Positions 1-12,548 of a stretch of DNA of 64,000 bases are shown here, in pieces. A program made the position numbers and the translations under genes. The stretch lies in the NCBI GenBank assembly GCA_963747235.1, contig CAVVEU010000024.1, positions 160,001 to 224,000 on the forward strand, given 5' to 3'. The first letter of the stretch is position 1, and each line of letters starts with the position of its first letter. Below the pieces are notes generated by a model that was not told where the DNA came from, ran no database searches, and was given only the letters and a program-made list of their open reading frames with translations. This stretch comes from an uncultured Candidatus Rokubacteria bacterium (GTDB lineage Bacteria; Methylomirabilota; Methylomirabilia; Rokubacteriales; CSP1-6).

Positions 1-558
1 GGGGCGGGCCGCGGCTACGTGTCGGCCGACCGGCATCCCGCGGGGACCATCCCCGCCGGTGCGATCGCGGTGGACTCGGCCTTCTCGCCGATCCAGCGCG
101 TGGCCTACGGCGTGGAGAACGCGCGGCTCGGCAAGGTCACCGACTACGAGAAGCTGATCCTGGAGATCTGGACCAACGGGGCGGTGTCTCCCGACGACGC
201 GCTGTCGCGGGCGGCCCGGCACCTGCAGTCCCACTTCTCCCACCTGGCGCCCGAAGGGCGCGAGGAGGAGGAGGAAGAGGTGGAGGCGACCGGCGAGGGC
301 TTCCTGCAGGAGAGTCTCTCCAAGCCGCTCGAGGAGCTGCCACTGCCCGCGCGGGCCATCAACGCGCTGAAGAACCACGAGATCCTCATGGTCGCGGACC
401 TGGTGCAGAAGACCGACGAGGATCTCGAATCCGTCAAGAACCTCGGCTCCAAGTCGATCGAGGAGATCAAGACCGCGCTCGCCGCGCTCGGCCTGTCGCT
501 CGGCATGCGCATCGATCCGAATCTGCTGGGCGCGCTCGGCCGCGGAGGGACGAAATGA
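1..558 (+). CDS. rpoA: RNA polymerase alpha subunit, 5'-truncated by window edge
   Basis: Motifs [28 protein letters not shown] and alpha-[13 protein letters not shown]...[12 protein letters not shown]; immediately followed by rplQ. Confidence 0.97.
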   Translation, partial: GAGRGYVSADRHPAGTIPAGAIAVDSAFSPIQRVAYGVENARLGKVTDYEKLILEIWTNGAVSPDDALSRAARHLQSHFSHLAPEGREEEEEEVEATGEGFLQESLSKPLEELPLPARAINALKNHEILMVADLVQKTDEDLESVKNLGSKSIEEIKTALAALGLSLGMRIDPNLLGALGRGGTK

Positions 559-1049
559 GGCACGGCAAGGCGGGCTTCAAGCTCGGGCGGGTCACCGCCC
601 ACCGCTGGGCGCTGTTCCGGAACCTGCTCGTCGCCCTCTTCCGGCACGAGCGCATCATGACCACCGAGGCCAAGGCCAAGGCGATGCGCGGTCTCGCCGA
701 CCACATGGTCACCCTCGCCAAGCGCGACGACCTGCACGCGCGCCGGCAGGTGCTGAGCATGGTGCCGGACGCGGTCGTGGTGAAGAAGCTCTTCGACACC
801 ATCGCGGCCCGCTTCAGCGAGCGGCATGGTGGCTACACGCGCATCATGAAGGCGGGCCTGCGGGCCGGCGATCGCGCGCAGATGGTGGTGCTGGAGCTGG
901 TGGACCGGCCCGAAGAGCCCAAGGAGAAAGGGAAGAAGGACGCCAAGGCCGAGAAGGCGCCCAAGGAAGACAAGAAGGCCGGCAAGGGCGAGGCCTCCGC
1001 GGGCGCGGCCAAGGGCCGGCGCAAGAAGGCGGCGGCTGCGGCGGGGTAG
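555..1049 (+). CDS. rplQ: 50S ribosomal protein L17 with Lys/Ala-rich C-terminal tail
   Basis: [12 protein letters not shown]...[12 protein letters not shown]...GGYTRIMK; ATGA overlap with the rpoA stop. Confidence 0.98.
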   Translation: MRHGKAGFKLGRVTAHRWALFRNLLVALFRHERIMTTEAKAKAMRGLADHMVTLAKRDDLHARRQVLSMVPDAVVVKKLFDTIAARFSERHGGYTRIMKAGLRAGDRAQMVVLELVDRPEEPKEKGKKDAKAEKAPKEDKKAGKGEASAGAAKGRRKKAAAAAG

Positions 1050-1092
1050 TGGTTCAGCTTTTTACCGTCTAGTTCTTCAAGCTCTGTTGAAA

Positions 1093-1119
1093 TGCGGGGG
1101 CCCAGACATGGCCCCCGCA
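1093..1119. terminator. Perfect 10-bp stem hairpin between convergent genes (terminator or REP-like)
   Basis: TGCGGGGGCC-CAGACAT-GGCCCCCGCA; no clear U-tract. Confidence 0.6.
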
Positions 1120-1183
1120 CTCCCCCAGTCCGCGGACAACCGTCCACTGCGCCCGCCCGTGTGCGCTCGTGTCTCCGTGATTC

Positions 1184-1858
1184 CTACTTCAGGTGCGTCT
1201 TGAAGAGGTCGAGGGTGCGGCGCCAGGCGTCCTCGGCGGCCGGCTTGTTGTAGACGTCGGCCCGCTCGTCGTTGAAGAAGCCGTGGTCAACCCCTGGGTA
1301 GATGTTGATCTCGACCGTCTTGCCGGCCTTCTTGATGGCGGCCTCCACCTCGCGGGCGGTCTGCGGCGTGACGAAGCCGTCCTTCTCGGCGAACAGCCCG
1401 ACCACCGGACCGTTCAGCTTGCTGTAGTCCGGCTTGACGTTCGGATGGATGCCGTAGAAGTCCACCACCGCTCCCACGTTCGCGTTGGTGCACCCGGCGA
1501 AGAGGGCGAGCTGCCCGCCCATGCAGAAGCCCACCGCGCCCAGCTTGGCGGTCGAGGAGTGGCCGGCCAGATACTTGGCCGCGCCCGAGAGATCCTTCTC
1601 GGCCCGCTCGATGTTGAGCGCCATGAAGAGCTTGCCCGCCGCATCCGGCTCGGTCGCGGTCTGGCCGTGGTAGAGATCGGGGGCCAGCGCCGAGAAGCCG
1701 GCGGCCGCGAAGCGATCGCACACGTTCTTGATGTGGCCCACCAGCCCCCACCACTCCTGGATCACGAGGACGCCCGGGCCCTTGCCGGAGGCGGGTGTGG
1801 CCAGATAGCCCTTCGCGGTGTGCCCGTTGCTGGGAAACTCGACCATCTTGCCGGCCAT
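1184..1858 (-). CDS. Dienelactone hydrolase family protein
   Basis: QEWWGL, nucleophile motif GFCMGG, YPGVDHGFFND. Confidence 0.93.
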   Translation of the reverse strand: MAGKMVEFPSNGHTAKGYLATPASGKGPGVLVIQEWWGLVGHIKNVCDRFAAAGFSALAPDLYHGQTATEPDAAGKLFMALNIERAEKDLSGAAKYLAGHSSTAKLGAVGFCMGGQLALFAGCTNANVGAVVDFYGIHPNVKPDYSKLNGPVVGLFAEKDGFVTPQTAREVEAAIKKAGKTVEINIYPGVDHGFFNDERADVYNKPAAEDAWRRTLDLFKTHLK

Positions 1859-1898
1859 ATTTGTTCTCCTTCTAAGGGTTAAATGTAGATCACTTCGG

Positions 1899-2105
1899 TT
1901 GGCGGTTCGGCTCCTTCGCGCAAGCGCTCATCCGACCTGCTTCGCCTTGCGCCGACTCGCTCGTGTAGACTGCTGATTTGGCGGTTCGGCTCCTTCGCGC
2001 AAGCGCTCATCCGACCTGCTTCGCGTTGCGAGCACCGGGTCGCCCTGACGCCGTGTTTCGCGTCGGCGGCGTCTAGTCTAGCGATTCTGGTGCTTCGCGC
2101 AAGCG
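1899..2105. repeat. Intergenic REP-like direct repeat: two 53-bp copies plus a partial third
   Basis: TTGGCGGTTCGGCTCCTTCGCGCAAGCGCTCATCCGACCTGCTTCGC(C/G)TTGCG at 1899-1951 and 1978-2030 (1 mismatch); core CTTCGCGCAAGCG again at 2093-2105. Confidence 0.9.
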
Positions 2106-4639
<2,534 letters not shown>

Positions 4640-4647
<8 letters not shown>

Positions 4648-5688
4648 GGAAGTGCTCGAAGCCGCCGCGCATCGTGACCGGCGCGCCGTCGGCGTCCACG
4701 AAGACGATCTCGCCCGGGGTCCCCTCGATCCGTCCGATCACGGTGAGCGCGGTGCCGGTCGCCTCGGCGAGGCCCGCGATGAGGTGGTCGGCCGCGGCGG
4801 GGTCGCACGTGAGCAGGAGCTCGTAGTCCTCACCACCGCTCACCGCCCACTCGCGCGCGTCGCCCCCGAGGGCGCGCGCCGCCTCGCGCGCCGCCCCCGA
4901 GACCGGGACCCGGTCGAGTTGCACGCGGGCGCCCACCCCGCTCTCCCGGCAGATGTGCGCGAGATCCGTGGCGAGGCCGTCGGAGCAGTCCATCATGGCG
5001 TGGACGCCGGGCGCCTGGCCCAGCCAGCGTCCCTCCGCGACGCGCGCGCGGGGCCGGAGGTGCGCCCGCGTGATCTCGGCAAGCCGCGCGCCGGCGACGC
5101 CCGCGTCCCGGGCGCGGTCGAGCCCGAGCTCGAGCGCGTGCAGGCCGGCGGCGGAGGCGCCCAGGCTGCCCGTCACCGCCACCGCGTCGCCGGCGCGGGC
5201 GTGCGAGCGAAGCCGCGGCTCGCCCGGATGGGTCCCGAGCAGCGTGACGTTGACCGTCCAGCCGCCCGGAGCGGCCGACGTGTCGCCCCCGACAACGCTC
5301 ACGCCGTGAGGCGCGGCGGCCTCCGCCATGCCCGCGTAGAAGGCGTCCACCGCCTCCACGTCCGTATCCGCGGGGACGGCCAGCGCCACCAGCGCCCAGC
5401 GCGGGATGCCGCCCATGGCCGCGATGTCGGAGAGGTTGACGGCCAGCGCCTTCCAGCCGATATCGGCGGGCGCGGCGGAGATCCGCCGGAAGTGGACGTC
5501 CTCGATCAGCAGGTCGGTGGTGGCGAGCAGCTTGTGGCCGGGCGGCACCGCGAGGACCGCGGCGTCGTCGCCGATGCCGACCTCCACGCCGGGCGCGGCT
5601 CCACTCGCGGCGGCGCTTCTCCGGATGCGACGGATCAGCCCGCGCTCGCCCAGGCCCTCCAGGCTCACCCGTTCGGGTGGCTCCGCGT

Positions 5689-5692
<4 letters not shown>
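4640..5692 (-). CDS. thiL: Thiamine-monophosphate kinase
   Basis: [42 protein letters not shown]. Confidence 0.96.
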
Positions 5693-6269
<577 letters not shown>

Positions 6270-6273
<4 letters not shown>

Positions 6274-7808
6274 GCCGGCTGCTCCTGCGCCGCGATGCGG
6301 AGCGCCAGGATCATGCCGCGCGCCTTCGAGGCCGTTTCGAGCCACTCCGTCTTCGGATCGGAGTCGGCCACGATGCCCGCGCCCACCTGGATGGACGCGC
6401 GGCGCCCATGGCACACCACGGTGCGGATCGTGATGCACGAGTCGAGGTTGCCCGAGTAGGAGATGTAGCCGACCGCGCCCCCGTAGGGACCCCGGCGGGT
6501 CGGCTCGAGCTCCTCGATGATCTCCATGGCGCGGATCTTGGGCGCCCCGGTCAGGGTGCCGGCGGGGAAGCAGGCGGCCAGCACGTCGAAGGCGTCCTTG
6601 CCCGGCTCGAGCCGGCCGCGCACGTGGCTCACCAGGTGCATGACGTGCGAGTAGCGCTCGACCACCATGAACTCCGAGACCTCGACGCTGCCGAGGCGGC
6701 TCACCCGGCCCACGTCGTTGCGGCCGAGATCCACCAGCATCACGTGTTCGGCCCGCTCCTTCGGATCCGCGCGCATCTCGTCCGCCAGCCGGGCGTCCTC
6801 CTCCTCGGTCCGCCCCCGCGGGTGCGTCCCCGCGATCGGCCGCTCTTCGACCCGCTCGTCCTCGAGCCGGACCAGCACCTCCGGGGACGAGCCCACGATG
6901 CTGGTCTTGCCCAGCCGCAGGAAGAAGAGATAGGGTGACGGATTGACCGTGCGGAGCGCGCGATAGACCGTGAACGGGTCGGCCCGCAGCTCGGTGTCGA
7001 GGCGTCGCGACAGCACCACCTGGTACGCGTCGCCGGCGGCGATGAATTCCTTCGCCCGGCGTACGCCGTCCGTGAAAGCGGCCTCGTCCATCGTCGAGGT
7101 GAATCCCTCGTCTCCCAGGGCTACCAGCGGCTCCACCGGGGGCAGGGTCAGCGGGGCAGGGGAGCGGGCCGGGCGCCTCAGGTTGCCGAGGAGCATGCCG
7201 ATCTTCACCGCGGCCGCGTCGTACGCGCGGTCGAGCGCGGCCGGATCGGTCCCGGTGACGTGGGCATTGGCGATCACCAGCAGCCGATGGCGCAGGTTGT
7301 CGAACACCAGCAGGGTGTCGGTGAACATGAAGACCGCGTCGGGCAGCTTCTGATCGTCGGTGGTCAAGGTGGGGAGGCGCTCGACGTGCCGGATCATGTC
7401 GTAGGACAGGAAGCCCACCGCTCCGCCCTGGAAGCGCGGCAGCCCCGGCACCCGAACCGGCTTGAACTGGGCCAGGAGGTCCCGGAGCGCCTTGAAGGGG
7501 TCCGAGCCCGCCAGCAGCTCGATGGTGCCGTCGGCCCGGCGGACGCTGATGCGCTTGCCCTTGGCGGTGAAGACCATCAGGGGGTCCGAGCCGAGGAAGG
7601 AGTAGCGGGCCCACTTCTCTCCGCCCTCGACCGACTCCAGCAGGAAGGCGTACGGGCCGGGGCGGAGCCGGAGGAAGGCGGACAGCGGGGTGTCGAGGTC
7701 GGCGGCCAGCTCGGCAAAGACCGGGATCAGGTTGCCCTGCCCGGCCAGGGCGCGGAACTCCTCGCGCGTGGGAGAGAGCGGGGGGAGACCCGGCCCCACC
7801 GTCGACAT
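6270..7808 (-). CDS. trpE: Anthranilate synthase component I
   Basis: [51 protein letters not shown]; start taken at ATG 7808. Confidence 0.9.
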
Positions 7809-7819
7809 GGATGAGTCGC

Positions 7820-8146
7820 TCAGGCGTTCGCGTCCAGCTTCTTCTTGAGCTGCGCTTTCGGAACCGCGCCGATCACCTGGTCCATCACCTTGCCGCCCTT
7901 GACGAACAGGATCGTCGGGATGGAGCGGATCCCGTAGCGGGCCGCGAGCGCCGGCTGCTCGTCCACGTTCACCTTCGCGAGGGTCACCGAGCCGTTGCCC
8001 TCGCGGACCAGCTCCTCGAGCGTGGGAGCGATGGCGCGGCAGGGCGCACACCACTCGGCCCAGAAGTCCACCATCAGCAGCTCGGTGTGCTTGCCCAGTT
8101 CCGTGTCGAAGCTGGCCTCAGTGAGATGGAGCGTGCTTTCGGCCAT
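7820..8146 (-). CDS. trxA: Thioredoxin
   Basis: [11 protein letters not shown] active site; IRSIPT. Confidence 0.95.
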   Translation of the reverse strand: MAESTLHLTEASFDTELGKHTELLMVDFWAEWCAPCRAIAPTLEELVREGNGSVTLAKVNVDEQPALAARYGIRSIPTILFVKGGKVMDQVIGAVPKAQLKKKLDANA

Positions 8147-8470
8147 TGATCCAGGGTCTCCTTATGGTCGGGCTGGATGGTGCGGGACAGCGGGTGAGAG
8201 TTCCATAAAAAACGCACCGCCACGCTAGCATACGCCCCCCATCATCGCAAGTTGGCCCCCCGGACTTGGGGACCTGCCCTCTGAAATGTGCAGGAGGGCC
8301 GACGGTTCGGGGCACTCCTTCTGACAGTAGGCGTCACCTACCGGACGTCGGCCCGGTGTCACGGTGGGACGGGGGGCTCCCAAACGGCCCCGGAGGGCCG
8401 GAAAGCCTTGAATCCAGGGCATTGACCCGGACATGCCGATAACCGCCTCCAAGACGGCGGAAAACCTCGG

Positions 8471-8487
8471 TTGGTAGGGGGTTTGCA
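8471..8487 (+). promoter_or_regulatory. Putative sigma54 (-24/-12) promoter of the chemosensory-Mgl-PilB operon
   Basis: TTGGTAGGGGGTTTGCA with exact GG-N10-GC spacing in a 400-bp divergent intergenic region; RBS GAGGAGG precedes GTG 8548. Confidence 0.55.
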
Positions 8488-8547
8488 GTAGATGAACACC
8501 CCGAAAAGCTATGGCCACGTGCACTCGCAGTCGAGGAGGGTCGCTTT

Positions 8548-8910
8548 GTGGGTAAGGTGATGGTGGTCGATGACGCCGTGTCAGAGCTGAAACTGATCGA
8601 GGGCATTCTCAAGGCGGCCGGGCATCAGGTGGTGTCGTACGACCACGGTGAGCTCCTGGAAGATCGGGTCGTCGAGGAGCGGCCGGACCTCCTACTGCTG
8701 GACATCGTGATGCCCAAGCGCAACGGCTACGAGGTGCTGCGGGGGCTGCGGCGCGATCCCCGCACCAAGGACACCCCGGTGGTGTTCGTGAGCTCCAAGA
8801 ATCAGGAGAGCGATCGCCTGTGGGGGCAGCGCCAGGGCGCCGCGGACTATCTGGCCAAGCCGTTCACCGCGGACCAGCTTCTCGGCATGGTGCGCCAGTT
8901 CGTGAAATAG
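8548..8910 (+). CDS. Single-domain response regulator, PilH-like
   Basis: VVDD, LLDIVMP, LAKPF, and PilH-like ESDRLWGQRQGA. Confidence 0.88.
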   Translation: MGKVMVVDDAVSELKLIEGILKAAGHQVVSYDHGELLEDRVVEERPDLLLLDIVMPKRNGYEVLRGLRRDPRTKDTPVVFVSSKNQESDRLWGQRQGAADYLAKPFTADQLLGMVRQFVK

Positions 8911-8915
8911 CGCTG

Positions 8916-9431
8916 ATGACCCAGACTCCCGTGATCCCCGTCCTGCCCGCCGCGCCGGATGCCCCTCCGGCGCCGCGCGCCTGCCTGTTCGCGCTGGCCG
9001 GGGCGCGGCTCGCGGTGGACGTGCGGAGCGCCCGCGAGGTGGTGCTCTTCGACGAGATCACCGCAGTGCCCCGGGCCCCCCGGCACCTGGTGGGCGTGGC
9101 GAACCTCCGGGGCACCGTGATGCCGATCGTGGACGTCCGGGAGCTGCTGGGACTGGCAGAATCGCGTCCCGGGCGTACCTTCCGCACGCTGGTCGTGCGC
9201 GATGGCGCCGTGCAGGCGGCCTGGTCGTGGACACCGTGCTCGGGCTCGAGCCCTTCGAGACCGTGATGCCGGCCGACAGCCCGACCGCCGCGGGGATGTG
9301 GGGACCCCGCCCGTTCATGGCCGGCTGGATCCAGTGGGCCGGGGAGACCCTGCCGCTGCTCGACGTCCCGAAGATCCTCGCCGCGCTTCGCGCTTCGAAC
9401 TCCGACGATCGCGCAGGAGGTATCCGCATGA
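8916..9431 (+). CDS. CheW/PilI-like coupling protein; frameshifted near 9222, 3' end uncertain
   Basis: VPRAPRHLVGVANLRGTVMPIVDV, then VDTVLGL...LPLLDVPKIL in another frame; probable stop TGA 9429-9431. Confidence 0.82.
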
Positions 9432-10678
9432 ATCGGAGAGACTTCCTCGGCGGCGTCCTCTCGACGGGTCTCGCGAGCGCGCTCCTTCCGGGCGCCGCCG
9501 CGCGGGCCCAGGCCGGCGAGATCCGGATCGGCATGAGCGCCGCGTTCCGGGGCGCCGCGGCCGGCCTCGGCAGCGAGCTGTACCGGGGCGCCCATGCCTA
9601 CTACAGCGAGATCAACGCGCGCGGCGGCCTGTTCGGGCGGCAGCTCACGGTGGTCGCGCTCGACGATGGCTACAACCCGGACCCGTGCATCCGCAACACG
9701 ATCCAGCTCCTGGACCGCGAGAAGGTGTTCCTGCTCTCCAACTACGTGGGCACGCCGACCCTCACGCGCGCGCTGCCCGTCATCAAGCAGTACGCGGATC
9801 AGGCCGTGGTTCTGGTGGGCAACTTCACCGGCGCCCAGCCCCAGCGCGAGGCCCCATACGTCGATCAGGTCTTCAACATCCGGGCCTCCTACCGGCAGGA
9901 GATGGCGGCGCTGGTGGAGCGCTTCTGGCAGGCGGGGGCGCGGCGGTTCGGCGTCTACTACCAGATCGACGCCTACGGCCGCAGTGGCACCGACGGGGTG
10001 GCGCGGGCTCTCGCCGCGCGCAACGCCAAGATCGTGGCCGAGGCCACCTACGTGCGCAACGCCAAGTTCGAGGAGGACATGACCATCGCGGTCAATGCGC
10101 TCCGCGAGGGCGGCAGTGAGGTCGTGCTGTGCACCGGGGCCTACCAGGGCTGCGCCGCCTTCGTGCGCTCCGCGCGCGACGCGGGCTGGACCGCGCCGAT
10201 CTCCAATGTCTCGTTCGTGGGATCGGACGCCATGCTCGGATTGCTGGTCAAGCACGGCCGCGCGAAGAACCGCGACTACACGCGCGCCTTGATCAATTCC
10301 CAGGTGGTGCCGAGCTACGACGATACCGTCCTGCCGGGCGTGGTCGAGTACCGGGCCCTCATGGACAAGCACAACCCGCAGGTGCCCGAGGCGCTTCGCG
10401 ACGGCGCGTACACGCCGCAGAAGTACAGCTTCATCAGCCTCGAGGGCTACGTGAACGCGCGGGTGATCGTCGAGGCGCTGCGCCGGGCGGGGGCCAGCGC
10501 GGGGCGGTCGTCCTTCCGCCAGGCGCTGGAATCGCTCCGCGGCCTCGATCTCGGGATCGGCGCGCCGCTCACCTTCACGGCCGAGCGGCACCAGGGGCTG
10601 GACAGCGTCTACTTCACGCGGGTCGAGGGCGATCGCTGGGTGCCGGTCGCTGACTGGGCCGCTGCGGTCAAGGCATGA
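9428..10678 (+). CDS. Tat-exported periplasmic binding protein (LivK/Peripla_BP_6-like)
   Basis: AGGAGG RBS, MNRRDFL twin-Arg signal, DDGYNP, VGTPT, FNIRASYRQE, SLEGYVNA. Confidence 0.88.
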   Translation: MNRRDFLGGVLSTGLASALLPGAAARAQAGEIRIGMSAAFRGAAAGLGSELYRGAHAYYSEINARGGLFGRQLTVVALDDGYNPDPCIRNTIQLLDREKVFLLSNYVGTPTLTRALPVIKQYADQAVVLVGNFTGAQPQREAPYVDQVFNIRASYRQEMAALVERFWQAGARRFGVYYQIDAYGRSGTDGVARALAARNAKIVAEATYVRNAKFEEDMTIAVNALREGGSEVVLCTGAYQGCAAFVRSARDAGWTAPISNVSFVGSDAMLGLLVKHGRAKNRDYTRALINSQVVPSYDDTVLPGVVEYRALMDKHNPQVPEALRDGAYTPQKYSFISLEGYVNARVIVEALRRAGASAGRSSFRQALESLRGLDLGIGAPLTFTAERHQGLDSVYFTRVEGDRWVPVADWAAAVKA

Positions 10679-12544
10679 ACATGGGCATGGACAGTCTGAA
10701 GCGGGGCTGGAGGAAGCACGCGATGCGGAAGCGCGCGGAGGGTCCGGGATCGCTCGTCGAGACCACCGTCCCGGCCTCCCGGGCGCGGTTCGGCCTCCTC
10801 GGCAAGATCACGATCTTCCTCGTGCTGGTCCTGCTGCCGGTGGCGATCGTGAGCTGGGTCATCGCCTACCGGTCGCTGCAGGAGAACCTGAGCCGCGAGT
10901 TCACCGACAAGGGCAGCGCCATCGCCAACAGCCTGTCGAGCTCCGCGGCGGACCTCGTGGTCAATCGCGACGCGTCCACCGTGCAGGCCCAGGTCGACGA
11001 GTTCGCCAAGATCTCCGGCGTGGCCTACGTCATGGTCTACGATCCCCAGCGCGCCCTCATCGCCCACACCTTCGCGCCGGTGGTGCCCAAGGGCATCATC
11101 GAGAAGAACGTGGTGCCGGGGCAGGCGACCCGGCCGCAGGTCCAGGAGCTCACCTATCAGGATCCCCGCAGCGGGGGCGAGCGGGAGATCATCGACATCG
11201 GCGTGCCCATGCTGGGCGGCCGCCTCGGTACCGTGCGGGTGGGCATGGACAAGTCGATCATCATCACCGCGGCGGTCGGAGCCGGCAACTTCCTGCTCCT
11301 GGTGCTGGGCGGGATCGCGGCGGCCGCGGTGCTCGCGGGCGTGGTCTTCGCGCAGCGGATCACGCGGCCGGTCAACGCGCTCATGAGCGTGGCCGAGCGC
11401 GTGGGCCGGGGCGACCTCTCCCAGCTCGTGCCGGTCACCTCGCGCGACGAGATCGGCCAGATGGCGGTCACCTTCAACGAATCCATCGTGCGGCTGCGCT
11501 CGCTCGTCCAGACCGAGACCGACCGCGACGAGGAACGCCGCAAGCGCGAGGAGCTGCAGCAGAACATCATCAAGTTCCTCGACACGGTCGTGGAGATCGG
11601 CAAGGGCGACCTCACCCGACGCGGCGAGGTGAGCTGGGACGTGCTCGGCAACGTGGTGGACGCCATCAACCTGATGGTCGAGGAGATCGCCTCGATCGTC
11701 GGCGACGTGCGGCAGGCCGCCCTCCGCGTGGCCTCGGGCTCGCAGGACACCATCCGGATCACCGGCGAGCTCGCGGAGGCGGCGCAGGCCCAGACCCGCG
11801 ACGCGGTGAGCGTGACCCGCTCGGTGGCGGACGTGACGGTCTCGGTGCGCCAGGTCGCGGACAGCGCCGACCAGAGCGCCAAGGCGGCGCGCCAGGTGCT
11901 CCAGGCCGCGAGCAAGGGCGAGGGCGCGGTGCGCAACAGCCTCGCGAGCATGCAGCAGATCCGGGCCGAGGTGCAGACCATCTCCAAGAAGATCAAGTCC
12001 CTCGGCGACCGCTCGCTCGAGATCTCCAACATCGTGAACACCATCCAGGACATCGCGGCCCAGACGCACCTGCTCGCCCTGAACGCCTCCATCGAGGCGG
12101 CGGGCGCGGGCGAGGCGGGGCTGCGCTTCTCGGTCGTGGCGGACGAGGTCCGGAAGCTGGCCGAGCGGGCCACCCAGGCCACCCGGGACATCGGCACGCT
12201 CATCAAGGGCGTGCAGGTGGAGACCCAGGAGGCGGTGGTGGCGATGGAGGCCGGGACCCGCGAGGTCGAGTCCGGGTACGAGGTGAGCCTCAAGGCGGAG
12301 GAGGCCCTCCAGGAGATCGGGAAGATCTCGCAGACGTCCGCCGAGCTCGCCGCCGAGATCTCCCACGCGTCGCAGACGCAGGTCCGGGGCGCCGAGGCGG
12401 CCGCGGGCGCGGTGCAGGCGATCGCGGGCTCGGCGGTGAAGACCGAGCAGGGCGTGCAGCAGAGCCGGACAGAACGTCGAGCAGCTGGCCCGCCTGGCGG
12501 AAGAGCTGACCGCCAAGCTGTCCCGCTTCAAGCTGGCGAGCTGA
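10675..12544 (+). CDS. Methyl-accepting chemotaxis protein (PilJ-like): 2 TM, periplasmic sensor, 2 HAMP; late frameshift near 12470
   Basis: IAAQTHLLALNASIEAAGAGEAGLRFSVVADEVRKLAE; true end probably ...LSRFKLAS-TGA at 12544; start may be ATG 10723. Confidence 0.93.
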
Positions 12545-12548
12545 CGAC

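Noticed and set aside
1899-2030. CRISPR array
   Set aside because: Only two long (53-bp) units with one 26-bp spacer and no cas genes in the window; better explained as REP-like.
9227-10678. Apparent CheW-PBP fusion ORF (483 aa)
   Set aside because: An internal RBS with ATG 9428, a Tat signal and an overlapping TGA point to two genes; the read-through most likely reflects an indel error.
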